DNA of 64,000 nucleotides from an uncultured Planctomycetota bacterium (GTDB lineage Bacteria; Planctomycetota; Planctomycetia; Isosphaerales; Isosphaeraceae): positions 64,001 to 128,000 of the forward strand of contig CAWGMQ010000007.1 of the NCBI GenBank assembly GCA_963823665.1. The letters run 5' to 3'. The notes under the pieces were generated by a model that did no database searches, was not told where the DNA came from, and saw only the letters and a list, made by a program, of their open reading frames with translations. Numbering within the stretch: position 1 is the stretch's first letter; the number at the start of each line of letters is the position of its first letter. Below are positions 31,223 to 42,416 of the stretch, one piece after another. The translations under genes were made by a program, and so were the position numbers.

Positions 31223-33167
31223 CGCGACCGCTCGCTCGCCGCATGGCTTTACGGCGTCGCGCTTCGTGTGGCCGCTTGTGCGCGATCGCGAAAAGCGAGA
31301 ACGCAGCGGCACGAGCGGAGGTTCTCAGTGATGACGACGCAATGGAGGGCCAGCGGCGACGGACAGAGCACGAGCCAGTCCGTCGATGACATGGTCCGCG
31401 TCCTCCACGAAGAGATCGACCGCTTGCCTGTGAATTACCGCGCGGCAGTGGTGTTGTGCTATTTGCAGGGGCTCACGCACGACCAGACGGCCGATCAGTT
31501 GGGCTGGCCGGTGGGGACGGTGCGGAGCCGGCTAGCCAGGGCACGAGATCGTTTGCGCATTGGGCTCACCCGGCGTGGTATGGCGCCTTCGGTCTTGCCA
31601 GCCCTGTTACTTGGATCAGCGCCGGCCCGCGACACGACATTTGCCAGCATTTCGGTTCCAGCCGCTTTGGTGGAGGCCACGACGCACGGTGCCATGCGGG
31701 CCGGTCTGGGAAGCGCCGCAGTGGCCGGTATTGTTTCGGCCGAAGCGGTCACCTTGCTGAGGAGTGCATTGCGATGCATGATCATCACGAAGGTGACATC
31801 GGTGACGGCGGCGGTGCTCTCAACCGGGCTGATCGTGACTGGAGCAGGCTTGATGGCCTATACGCGCCGGGGACAAGCGACCACTCTTAAGTCCGGTCGC
31901 TCGCATGAGCAGGCTCCGCACGAATCGGCTCAGAAGAACGTCGGGAAGAAGGCAGGCGATGCGAAGACGCCCGAGGATCAGCTCGATGCGCTCCTGAGAG
32001 AATTCGATGAAACCGTGGAATCGAACCGGCGAGCTGCCCCGAAAGGGAACCTCTCGGCTGCCAAACAGGCCCAGTTTCAGGCTAATTCCGACAAGCTGCG
32101 CGGAATCAAGGGCCGGCTGCTGGATCTGGCGACGCGTTATCCTCGAAGCAACGCGGCCGAGCAGGCGCTCGTCTATCTCGCGGCCGAAGTCTCGTTCGAG
32201 CCCGAAGCAAAGAAGGCAAGAGAACTCCTGGCCCGTGATTACACGCGCAGCGATCGCCTCAAAGTGCTTTTAACCCGCCGGCTGGAACTCTACTGGGCGT
32301 CCGAGGCGGTCGAAGATCTGCTTCGCAACGTTCTGGAACAGAATCCGTATCGCGAGATCCGCGGGCTCGCTTGCTACTGGCTCGCGGAAGTGCTTACTTA
32401 TAGATATCAGATGCTCCGTCTCTGGCCGATGCAGAGGCCCCAGATCAGGGAGATGTGGCGCCGAAGGTTCAGCCAGCAGGATCTCGAGCGGGTTGAGAAG
32501 CAAGACCCCAAGAGCTTGCAAGCAGAAGTTGCACGTCTCTACGAGCGGGTGATCACCGAGTTTCCGTTTGTGCAGAACAACGATACGCGCACCGAACGGC
32601 CGCCTTCTATTCTGGGTGAAGTCGCCGGCTACCTTCCCGCCGTGGCCAAAGTCCATCTCGACGAATTACGCCGCTTTTCCGCTGGAAAACCTGCACCCGA
32701 GATCCGGGGAATCGACCTGGACGACAAACCCCTGAAAAAGACCGACTACCGCGGCAAGGTCGTAGTCCTGTTCGTTGCCGGGTTTGGTCGCCCCTTTGCC
32801 GCTCCACCCGAGCGCGCTCCTGCGCACATCGTGGGAATCTTCCGGCAGCTTGCCAAGACCATGGAAGGCAAAGCGGTCGCCTTCCTCGGGGTGGTCGAGA
32901 ACCAATCGCGAACTGTACAGGAAGGAAGTCGAGGCGAATGGCTTGCCGATCCGCTTCTGGTGGGATCCCAACCAGGAGCGCCCACCGGAACGCGCCATCC
33001 CATGGATTCCGACCGCTCGGCCTGGACCAATCCTCACGGCATGGGCTGCCGAAGTGCCCGACTGGTATGTGATCGATCAGCGGGGAGTCATCCGCTACAC
33101 ACAGGTGTTCGGACTAGACTTGCTCGAGAAGGCTGTCACAATGCTTCTCGGGGAAGAAGAAAAGTGA
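31223..33167 (+). pseudogene. 5'-truncated ECF sigma factor with TM segment and thioredoxin-like C-terminus
   Basis: Starts abruptly at SLAAWLYGVALRVA (mid region 2). Region 4 present (VVLCYLQGLT...GTVRSRL). TlpA-like GKPAPEI...DYRGKVVVL. Frameshift near 32905. Confidence 0.75.
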
Positions 33168-33257
33168 GCAGTGGAGAGAGCTCTCTCATAAACGACTAAC
33201 CTACGAGCTCGAGGCCGAGATAGTCTCGCATGTCTTCAGGACCAGGATTACAGCAAG

Positions 33258-33785
33258 CTAACTGACCAAGCGATTGATCGCGGACCGAATCAACTTCAGG
33301 ATTGCTCTACCACCTGGTTCTGAGATCAATCCAGACGACGCAAAGCCCCAGTCCAGGGGAACATGCAGCCGGCCGTTGCCGTCTTCCCACGGATATTCGC
33401 AATTATCCGGTCTTCTGCCGCTTCTTCTAACAGACGGTGCCAACAGCTCGATTTCCTGTGCGAGATGATTCGCATGCTTGTTCACGTTTCGGCTGGCCTC
33501 CCCTCTGAAATTTAGGGCCGCCGTCTCCGCTCTAATCACGATGGGCAGACCCTTCGAGACAACGCCGTGACTCGCTTGCAAGGACGACGGCGATGTGCCA
33601 CGAGCGCAAGAATGCGACTTCACCAACTTTTCGCACGCCATTTGGAGGAATTGAAGCCTGTGGCAGGCCGGAAGCGAACCGCCGTCAAGGCAATCGCGAG
33701 GTAAGCCCTCGAGGAATTGATACATTCTGAGGTCGGCGTCGGCTTGCCTGGCGTATGCGATCGACCATTCCTGGACGGTCGCCAT
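33258..33785 (-). CDS. HEPN-like domain protein
   Basis: QADADL, LQMACEKLVKS, ASH, NCEYPW resemble the HEPN pattern AxxDL...QQAxEKxxKA...H...RYP; TGATG coupling to the upstream gene. Confidence 0.6.
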   Translation of the reverse strand: MATVQEWSIAYARQADADLRMYQFLEGLPRDCLDGGSLPACHRLQFLQMACEKLVKSHSCARGTSPSSLQASHGVVSKGLPIVIRAETAALNFRGEASRNVNKHANHLAQEIELLAPSVRRSGRRPDNCEYPWEDGNGRLHVPLDWGFASSGLISEPGGRAILKLIRSAINRLVS

Positions 33786-34234
33786 CAGGTGCCTCCGACA
33801 TGCGCGGGTCTCGAGATCTCCTCACCGATGATCCAACCTTTCGGTAGCTTCAACTCGTTTGAGCGAATTCTCTCAAATTCGTTTGGCGACACCTCAATGA
33901 TAATTGAGGCAAACGGAATTCCGCTTGCTGGAAGTGGGCCGAAATGCAGCGGCATGATGCCCGCTTCGGGCGTGTTGACGTTGACCTCTAGCAATTTGAT
34001 CGGCTCACCATTGGTCACGTCGGGCGCGGTGGTGTCGGTAATGCGGAAGATCTGGGTGAGGCCATCCTCGATTTCGTAGTGTCGCATCGCGAGTTCTCTG
34101 GCGGCGCTGCTGGCGTCGATGGCGGTCGACTGATCGACAGCTATTATAAGTCTTTCGCGGCTACCACACCTGGGACATGGGTCGTTCAACTGCGCAGCGT
34201 CCAGGTCGAGACCGCAACGATGACATTGAGCCAC
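33785..34234 (-). CDS. Hypothetical protein: Zn-ribbon plus degenerate MNT-like domain
   Basis: CHRC...CPRC; EPIKLLEV and IIIEVSPNEFERI; GTG start with purine-rich RBS. Confidence 0.55.
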   Translation of the reverse strand: MAQCHRCGLDLDAAQLNDPCPRCGSRERLIIAVDQSTAIDASSAARELAMRHYEIEDGLTQIFRITDTTAPDVTNGEPIKLLEVNVNTPEAGIMPLHFGPLPASGIPFASIIIEVSPNEFERIRSNELKLPKGWIIGEEISRPAHVGGT

Positions 34235-34466
34235 GGCTTCCCCTTTCGCCGGTTATGGTCGCGATTACCGCAAACTGCACGTAACGCATACTTATAATTC
34301 GAAGCTGGCGATCACGATGTCTGCGTCTTCTCCAGAGCAAATCATTTGCCTCATTGTACTTCCTGAGGGTCGTGCAATGGAAGAACGGGCAATCGTGCTG
34401 CAGGCACGACGTCCCATTTGATGGTACGTGAACCGAATGTCAATTCGTGCTAGCCGAATCGATTGC

Positions 34467-35891
34467 TCACGCCCTCTGCTCCGCCCCCAGCCACTTCAGA
34501 TTGAGCGAGCCGCCGCTGAAAAGCATTTCCTCGAGCGCTTGCTCGACATCCGGCAGCTCGACGCGGCCCGAGCCGTTGCGCTCCAGATGGAACTGCACCG
34601 ACCGTCGCATCAACTCCTTGATGAATGCCGCGCTGACTTTTTCGGTCCGCCCGACGATGGCCTCGACAACTTCTTCCGAAACCTCGACGCCCTGCGAGTA
34701 GAGCCGGACGAGCGTTCGTCTTCCGTCATCATCGGGAAGCGGAAACTCGATGGCCTGGTCGATTCGACCGGGCCGCGCCGAGAGAGCGCGCTCAAGTGCC
34801 TCCGGACGATTGGTCGTGAGGATAAACAGGATATCGGCGTTCTCTTTCAAGCCATCCATTTCGTTGAGCAACCTGTTGAGCAGCGTCTCCTCACAGGCGC
34901 TGCTCATCGTGCTTCGATCGCGAGCGATCAGATCGACGTCTTCCATGACCACGATGCTCGGCTGAAGCAGCCGCGCAAGAGTCATGTATTCCGCCAGGAT
35001 TCCGACTTGCTCGGCGGAGATCAGCAAGGTCGTGTGGCCTTCCAGAGCCTTTGCGAGATAGTGAATCGTGTGGGTCTTGCCCGTGCCGGGAGGACCGTAG
35101 AAGAGAATGCCTTTCTTGGTTGACTGCTTGAACTGCGCCAGTTGCGGCCGCTGCCGGGTGAAATGAATCACATTCCGGTCGAGAAGGTCGAGCGTCTTCT
35201 TCGGCAAAATCACCTGATCTCGTTCGACGGTCCTCAATTTGTGCACCGTTATTCCGCTCGACACGCCCCTGTACCAGTGCTCGGATTGTTCGAGTGACAG
35301 AATCTTGCCGCGATACGATTCGGCCCTCAATACGGACTCTTCCAGGTTCTTGAAGAACATCTGCGCGACGCGGATTCCAGCCTGGTCGTTCACGGTGGCG
35401 ACCTGGAATCGCATCGCAAACGCCGTCCCGTAACCCTGCTCCACTGGTGCCAGGAGTACGACGAACTTTGTCAGCCCTTGCTCGAGCAGCCACAGGCCGT
35501 TCTTGAGACATCGGACCGGCCGCTCCTCGCCGATATTCACCTCCTCGTATTGTGGCGGGACGCTGAGCGTGTCCGTGATCGGATTGCTCGGGACAATACA
35601 ATCACTCAACGTGACTCCGTTGTGAAAGTGATTATCTTGTACGCCACTGAATCGATTGATCGTCACCCCGGACTGAAACACCCTGTCGATGGCACGTTGC
35701 AGATCGGCGCGGACGCGAAATGGAAACTGCCGTTCCGAGATGCTGATTTCTTCAAGCCGAGTCGGCTGGAAGTGCTTCCGAATCAGGACCGAGATCATCT
35801 GCGAGCGGCGACGGCGGAACGCCACAATGACCCGAACGACGATCGCCGCGATGACCGCAACGAACAGAACCGCCATCGCTCCTTCGAGCAT
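34467..35891 (-). CDS. Membrane-anchored classical AAA ATPase
   Basis: GILFYGPPGTGKT, VVMEDVD, SRH TTNRPEALERALSARPGRID; N-terminal TM; GGAGG RBS. Confidence 0.92.
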   Translation of the reverse strand: MLEGAMAVLFVAVIAAIVVRVIVAFRRRRSQMISVLIRKHFQPTRLEEISISERQFPFRVRADLQRAIDRVFQSGVTINRFSGVQDNHFHNGVTLSDCIVPSNPITDTLSVPPQYEEVNIGEERPVRCLKNGLWLLEQGLTKFVVLLAPVEQGYGTAFAMRFQVATVNDQAGIRVAQMFFKNLEESVLRAESYRGKILSLEQSEHWYRGVSSGITVHKLRTVERDQVILPKKTLDLLDRNVIHFTRQRPQLAQFKQSTKKGILFYGPPGTGKTHTIHYLAKALEGHTTLLISAEQVGILAEYMTLARLLQPSIVVMEDVDLIARDRSTMSSACEETLLNRLLNEMDGLKENADILFILTTNRPEALERALSARPGRIDQAIEFPLPDDDGRRTLVRLYSQGVEVSEEVVEAIVGRTEKVSAAFIKELMRRSVQFHLERNGSGRVELPDVEQALEEMLFSGGSLNLKWLGAEQRA

Positions 35892-35982
35892 ACCCACCTC
35901 CAGCGTCGTGGTTGATAACATGGGGATTACGGGATTATACACGGCAAAACGACGCGGCGTCGCGGACTCGAGGAATCATTCG

Positions 35983-36321
35983 ATGATCATCTGGCAAGGT
36001 CTGGGATTTCTGGTGGCCGTGATCGTCTTCGGCTGCTCATTGGCCGGCAACCTCATTTCCAACGCGACTCTCGGCGACGGATACTACGACCACCACACGT
36101 GGCCGGTCGCCCTCTCGCTGATTTGCTCGGCGCCGGTCTGCTGGTTTCTTGGTCGCTATCTGCGTACCAGATCCGACCGCGTCGCCATCGACAAGGCGAC
36201 CGGTAAGGAGTTCGTCATCAATCAGTCGCATCACACGTTGTTCTTCATTCCCATGCATTACTGGTCGCCGGTATTGGTCGTGATCGCTCTGGTGCTGTTT
36301 GGCATGGAGTTCCTCCGTTGA
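35983..36321 (+). CDS. Small membrane protein (3 TM), hypothetical
   Basis: MIIWQGLGFLV..., IDKATGKEF, HTLFFIPMHYW; GAGGA RBS. Confidence 0.8.
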   Translation: MIIWQGLGFLVAVIVFGCSLAGNLISNATLGDGYYDHHTWPVALSLICSAPVCWFLGRYLRTRSDRVAIDKATGKEFVINQSHHTLFFIPMHYWSPVLVVIALVLFGMEFLR

Positions 36322-36483
36322 GAATCGAATCGAGCCGACAAGCGCGAGCGAATACGGATCGCGAACGCCGGTGTCAATCGCGTGATGACTCCTACCACGT
36401 CGGGTTCATGTTGCCGAACGCCTCGATCAAGCGGTTCGGAGGCCGAATGGCCGTGCGATCGTTATCGCTCGCCCCGCGGTCCG

Positions 36484-37620
36484 TCAGTCCGTGACGAACC
36501 CCAGCCGCTCCATCCATCCCCGCTCCTGGTCCGTCAATCGCGACTGGCATTCCGCCACGTTTTCGCCCCAGGCGATGAGTGTCATCACGGGATCGCCCGC
36601 GTCAAACCGCGTCCCGGGCCAAGGCACATCGGCGATCGCCGTCGTTGCAAATGGGTCGATCCGCAAGGTGTCGCCGACCGCAAGCTCAGGGGCCGTGCAC
36701 TCAAACGGCGCATGGATGACGAGCTTCGCGACGACGCAGTGGCTCGAAGCTGCATCTGGTGCCAGCGCCGGGACAACTCCGCCCTCACACGCAAGTCGAT
36801 GCTCACCCACGAACGCCCGTCTCGTTGCGAGCTCGTGCACTTCGACCGACGCCGTGTAACGAGGGTTCACCTCAACGGGCCAAGGCTCACCGTCGCGCAG
36901 CACGTAGTCAATGCCGAACCAACCAACGAGGCCGGACGCCGACGCAATGGCCTCGCCGAGCCTTTGCAGCACAACAGCCAGGGAGTCCTCAATCGGCCAC
37001 GGCCCGATGCTTCCGCGATAGCCAAACGGATTTCCCGCCCCGCCAAGTAATTGCTGCGTCACCCCGAGTAGCCGCGTTCCTTCGCGCCGACCGATATAAA
37101 GGGCTGAAAAGCTCGGGCCGACGATCCGTTCCTGAAAGTAGTAAGAAGCTGAGAAACGAGCGTGGTCGTCCGAGAGCGCCCGGATGTCCCGGCCTCCTCC
37201 AGACCGCAACGGTTTCACCAGCCAGCTTTCGTCGCGCGGCAGCCCCTGCGGATCGCGCCTCACTGCGGGAGCCGGTATCCCCAGCGTGTGAAGCAATGCG
37301 GCGACCCTGACCGGATCACGAACGATCCGAAGTGCTTGTGCGCTCGCCCCCCAGAGACTGTGCCGGCGAGAGATCTGCTCGACCCAGGCAGGATGATTCT
37401 CGAAACCGCCCGTGTAGAACCACGGCGATGGCGGCAACGATTCGGCAACCGCCAGGAATTCGCGCCTGGCTTTGAGCGAATGGATTCGAACAACCGGGCA
37501 GACCGCGGCGAGGTCCCGGTCAGCAAAGTAATCCGCGCAGTGAGGACGCAGCCCCGACCGCAGCGCCGAGAATGCAGCAGCGCGGCAACTTGCGCCAAGA
37601 ATCAGAACATCGTGCGACAA
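36484..37620 (-). CDS. ATP-grasp carboligase (COG2232/Orf22-like, H4MPT-cluster associated)
   Basis: LILGASCRAAA, DYFADRDL, LVKPLRSGGG, QERIVG, FGIDY, VEVNPR; adjacent to fae. Confidence 0.85.
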   Translation of the reverse strand: MSHDVLILGASCRAAAFSALRSGLRPHCADYFADRDLAAVCPVVRIHSLKARREFLAVAESLPPSPWFYTGGFENHPAWVEQISRRHSLWGASAQALRIVRDPVRVAALLHTLGIPAPAVRRDPQGLPRDESWLVKPLRSGGGRDIRALSDDHARFSASYYFQERIVGPSFSALYIGRREGTRLLGVTQQLLGGAGNPFGYRGSIGPWPIEDSLAVVLQRLGEAIASASGLVGWFGIDYVLRDGEPWPVEVNPRYTASVEVHELATRRAFVGEHRLACEGGVVPALAPDAASSHCVVAKLVIHAPFECTAPELAVGDTLRIDPFATTAIADVPWPGTRFDAGDPVMTLIAWGENVAECQSRLTDQERGWMERLGFVTD

Positions 37621-37627
37621 AGAAGTG

Positions 37628-37669
37628 AAACAAAAACGCCTCGGCCTGCGGAGACCGCACGCCGAGGCG
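37628..37669 (-). terminator. Rho-independent terminator
   Basis: Stem CGCCTCGGC/GCCGAGGCG with inner TGCGG/CCGCA, followed by TTTTTGTTT on the minus strand. Confidence 0.75.
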
Positions 37670-37734
37670 AATTGGGTGTTCTCATCGGCTCACGGGGCGT
37701 GTCCCGTGGGCTGGAAAAATCGAGTGAGAAAGGA

Positions 37735-38085
37735 TCACTCCTTCTCAACCTTTTCGATTTTCTCGGCGGTCAGTTCCTTCTTGCCGTCTTTCTCTTCGAC
37801 CGTTCCGGTGACCTTGACCTTGATTGGGTCGTCTTTGGTGGCCTGGCAGAAGCCTTCCTTCTGGTGGGCCTTCTTGGCGACGTCATTCGCCACAATGTAA
37901 TACGTGGTCTTCTTGCCGTCCTTATCCTCGATCACGACGTTCTGGCAGCTCTTGGTTTCTTTGAGGGCGCACTTGGCGCACATGCCCTCGCCGGTGATGG
38001 TCACCTTCTCGCCATCGGCTGCAATCAACGCGCTCACGCCCGAAAACAACACGCCCGCCGCGACAAGCGTCAACAACTTCCGCAT
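37735..38085 (-). CDS. Small secreted Cys-containing protein (DUF6370-like)
   Basis: Signal peptide; TITGEGMCAKCALKE, H..FC, VKVTGTV. Confidence 0.75.
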   Translation of the reverse strand: MRKLLTLVAAGVLFSGVSALIAADGEKVTITGEGMCAKCALKETKSCQNVVIEDKDGKKTTYYIVANDVAKKAHQKEGFCQATKDDPIKVKVTGTVEEKDGKKELTAEKIEKVEKE

Positions 38086-38452
38086 CGTCGGTCTCCTCGA
38101 AAGGTATCAGAACTGAATCCCTCGACGCAGGACCTCAGGCGCGATTCTCGCACCGCGCCATTTGAAACAGTATTGAAACACCTTCCGCCCCGAAGAACAA
38201 CCACTTTCTTAGGATTTCCGTTATTCATGGCAGGATATCGGTTTAGAATGCGAGTGAAAAGCATGCGCACGCGCCGGCGGCTGGGGGTTGCCCCAATGCG
38301 ATCGGGCGTCTATGATTCGAGTCCAATTCGAGCGCCTGGCCCGACTCGTCGCGGCCGAGCGTCCGGGCAGGTGAGCGGCCTCATTGAGTGCCGGGCGCCG
38401 GCCGGCCGAATCACACACCTTGACGATTGCATCAATCTCGGAGAATCACGCC

Positions 38453-38959
38453 ATGGCCACGGACATCATCATGAACATCGGTGAGGCCCTCGTCGGTGAG
38501 GGTAATGAGATCGCCCATATTGACCTTTTGATCGGCTCGAAGACCGGTCCGGTCGGGACCGCCTTCGCGAACGCGCTCGCCAACCAATCACACGGGCATA
38601 GCAATCTGCTGGCAGTCTTGACACCGAACCTGATCTGCAAGCCGGCTACTGTCCTGATTACCAAGGTGACAATCAAGGGAATGGATCAGGCTGTGCTCAT
38701 GTTCGGTCCCGCTCAGGCCGCTGTGGCCAAGGCCGTGGCTGACTGCGCGGCCGACGGGACCATTCCTGCCGGTGCAGTCGAGGATCTTGTCATCGTCTGC
38801 GGCGTCTTCATTCACCCCGAGGCCAAAGACAAGGCCAAGATCCTCAAATATAATTATGAGGCGACCAAACTTTCGATCCAGCGGGCGATGAAGAATCAGC
38901 CGACCCCGAGCGAGATCACGGCCCAGAAAGACACCGTCAAGCACCCCTTCGCCGGCTGA
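38453..38959 (+). CDS. fae: Formaldehyde-activating enzyme
   Basis: GEALVGEGNEIAHIDLLIG, KPATVLITKVTIK, MFGPAQAAVAKAV, VFIHP, NYEATK. Confidence 0.96.
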   Translation: MATDIIMNIGEALVGEGNEIAHIDLLIGSKTGPVGTAFANALANQSHGHSNLLAVLTPNLICKPATVLITKVTIKGMDQAVLMFGPAQAAVAKAVADCAADGTIPAGAVEDLVIVCGVFIHPEAKDKAKILKYNYEATKLSIQRAMKNQPTPSEITAQKDTVKHPFAG

Positions 38960-38971
38960 GCGGACGGATAC

Positions 38972-39844
38972 ATGCATGCCGAGAAGCCGAAGATCCTGAT
39001 TCAGCTCGACATCGACCCGCAGCCAAGCGTCTTCGACGGCGTGGTTGCGGTCGATTCGGGCGTCGATCATCTTTTCCGCCACGGCGGAGTGACGCCCCCG
39101 GCCGTGCGCGACCTGGTGCACGGGGCCTTATTCACACGCGGGCTCGACGAGCTGCGCTCGACCGCCATCTTTGTCGGCGGCTCGAACGTCGCGGCCGCGG
39201 AAGCCGTCCTGGATGCCGTCGAGAAGACGTTCTTTGGTCCGTTCAAGGTATCGGTGCTTTTTGACGCGAACGGCGCCAACACCACGGCAGCGGCCGCCGT
39301 GCTCGCGGCGCTGGAAAGTGCAGGCGGCGCACTCGAGGGCATCCCCGTCGCGGTCCTCGCGGCAACCGGACCGGTCGGCCAGCGCGCAGCCAGGCTTCTG
39401 TGCAAGCTGGGGGCCAATGTCGCCGTAGCCTCGCGCAGTCTGGAACGGGCGCGGTCGCTCGCCAATTCGCTCGGCGAGAGAATGGGCTGCGCCGTGAATG
39501 CCTTCGCTCCAACAAGCGCAGGCGAACTGGCAGCCACGCTTGAAGACACCAAGGTCGTGATCGCCGCCGGAGCCGCGGGTGCCACGCTTCTGCCCGCGTC
39601 GGTCTGGCAAGGTCTTCCCGTCCTCACGACCCTGATCGACTTGAACGCCGTTCCCCCGCTCGGAATCGAGGGCGTCGACGCGACCGATCGCAAGACGGCC
39701 CGCGGCCACGTCCTCGCCTGGGGCGCGCTCGGAGTCGGGCGAACCAAGATGAAGATCCACAAGAAAGCGATCCAGGAGCTCTTCGTCACCAACGACAGGA
39801 TCTTCGACGCCGAGCAAGTCCTCGAGCTAGGCCGTTCCCTGTAG
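38972..39844 (+). CDS. mtdC: NADP-dependent methylene-H4MPT/H4F dehydrogenase (MtdA-like, planctomycete MtdC type)
   Basis: PSVFDGVVAVDSG, GALFTRG, STAIFVGG, DANGANTTAAAAV, ATGPVG, DLNAVPPLGIEG. Confidence 0.9.
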   Translation: MHAEKPKILIQLDIDPQPSVFDGVVAVDSGVDHLFRHGGVTPPAVRDLVHGALFTRGLDELRSTAIFVGGSNVAAAEAVLDAVEKTFFGPFKVSVLFDANGANTTAAAAVLAALESAGGALEGIPVAVLAATGPVGQRAARLLCKLGANVAVASRSLERARSLANSLGERMGCAVNAFAPTSAGELAATLEDTKVVIAAGAAGATLLPASVWQGLPVLTTLIDLNAVPPLGIEGVDATDRKTARGHVLAWGALGVGRTKMKIHKKAIQELFVTNDRIFDAEQVLELGRSL

Positions 39845-39896
39845 GTCAGGCTTCAGCCTGACGATCAATTCGCCTCACATCAGGTCGGGACAATCC

Positions 39897-40892
39897 ATGG
39901 CCCGCGTGATTGGCACCGATCCCGGCACCAGCAGTCTCGACCTGCTGTTGCTGGACGACGGGGCCGTCGTCGACCAGAAGAGTGCGCAGCCCGGCGAGCT
40001 CGCGGGCGACCCCGAGCTGCTCAACCGGCTCTTCGCAAGCTGGGCACCGATCGACCTCGCGGCCGCGCCTTCGGGGTATGGTCTGCCGCTCGTCCGTGGA
40101 GATGCGATGACGGAAGACCACATCGAGCAGATCTCGCTGGTGAGACCCTCCGACCGCGGCCACGAGTCCGGCGTCATCGGATTTCGCGCCTGGGTTCGCG
40201 CATTCCGCCGCACCGGAATACCGATCGTGTTCCTTCCCGGTGGCCTTCACCTCCCCACGATCCCGCCGCACCGGAAGGTGAACTCTGTCGACATCGGCAC
40301 GGCCGACAAGGTCTGCGTCGCGGCGCTGGCGCTCTGGTTCGACTCGCAAAACACGGGTGGCTTCGATCGCTCGACATTCGCCGTGGTCGAGATCGGCATG
40401 GCGTTCTCGGCGATCATGGTTGTGGAAAATGGACGACTGGTCGACGCCGCTGCGGGAACCCGAGGCCCGATCGGTCTTCGAGCACAAGGAAGCTGGGACG
40501 GCGAGCTCGCCTACTGGCGAGGCCCGCTGACCAAGAACGACCTGTTCCGCGGCGGCGTGGCCGACCTGGGCGCGCATGGTCTCGACGCCTTTCGCGAATC
40601 GCTGGTGAAGCATCTCGCCGGCTTGCAGGCCGTCACGCCGTTCGAACGGATCTATCTTTCAGGGCGCGGCCTCGCGCAGCCCGAGATCGCGAGCCAAGCT
40701 CACGAGGCATCCGCGAGATTCGGGCGCGCGATGAGGCTCGGCAACCTGCCGCGAGCTTCGGTCAAACACGCGGCTCAGGGTTCCGCCATCCTGGCTGATG
40801 CATTGGCCGGCGGTCGATTTGCGCCGCTGGCGGATTCGCTGCAGCTAAAGTCGGCCGGGGGATCCGTGTGGGATGTGCTCGAGCGACCGTGA
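39897..40892 (+). CDS. DUF1464-family ASKHA-fold protein
   Basis: IGTDPGTSSLD, APSGYGLP, NSVDIGTADK, VVEIG, DGELAY, AAQGSAILADAL. Confidence 0.8.
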   Translation: MARVIGTDPGTSSLDLLLLDDGAVVDQKSAQPGELAGDPELLNRLFASWAPIDLAAAPSGYGLPLVRGDAMTEDHIEQISLVRPSDRGHESGVIGFRAWVRAFRRTGIPIVFLPGGLHLPTIPPHRKVNSVDIGTADKVCVAALALWFDSQNTGGFDRSTFAVVEIGMAFSAIMVVENGRLVDAAAGTRGPIGLRAQGSWDGELAYWRGPLTKNDLFRGGVADLGAHGLDAFRESLVKHLAGLQAVTPFERIYLSGRGLAQPEIASQAHEASARFGRAMRLGNLPRASVKHAAQGSAILADALAGGRFAPLADSLQLKSAGGSVWDVLERP

Positions 40893-41003
40893 AACTTGCG
40901 AGAGCGCGGCTCGCTTTAGACTTCGAAGGTTTTATTCTGGAACACGGTCCGGCTGAAGCTCGTTCGCGGTCTTACTGAGTAGCCTCGTGGCTGCGCGCAA
41001 GTT

Positions 41004-42388
<1,385 letters not shown>

Positions 42389-42416
42389 GGGTCGCCTCGC
42401 TGCCAGAGCCAGTCAG

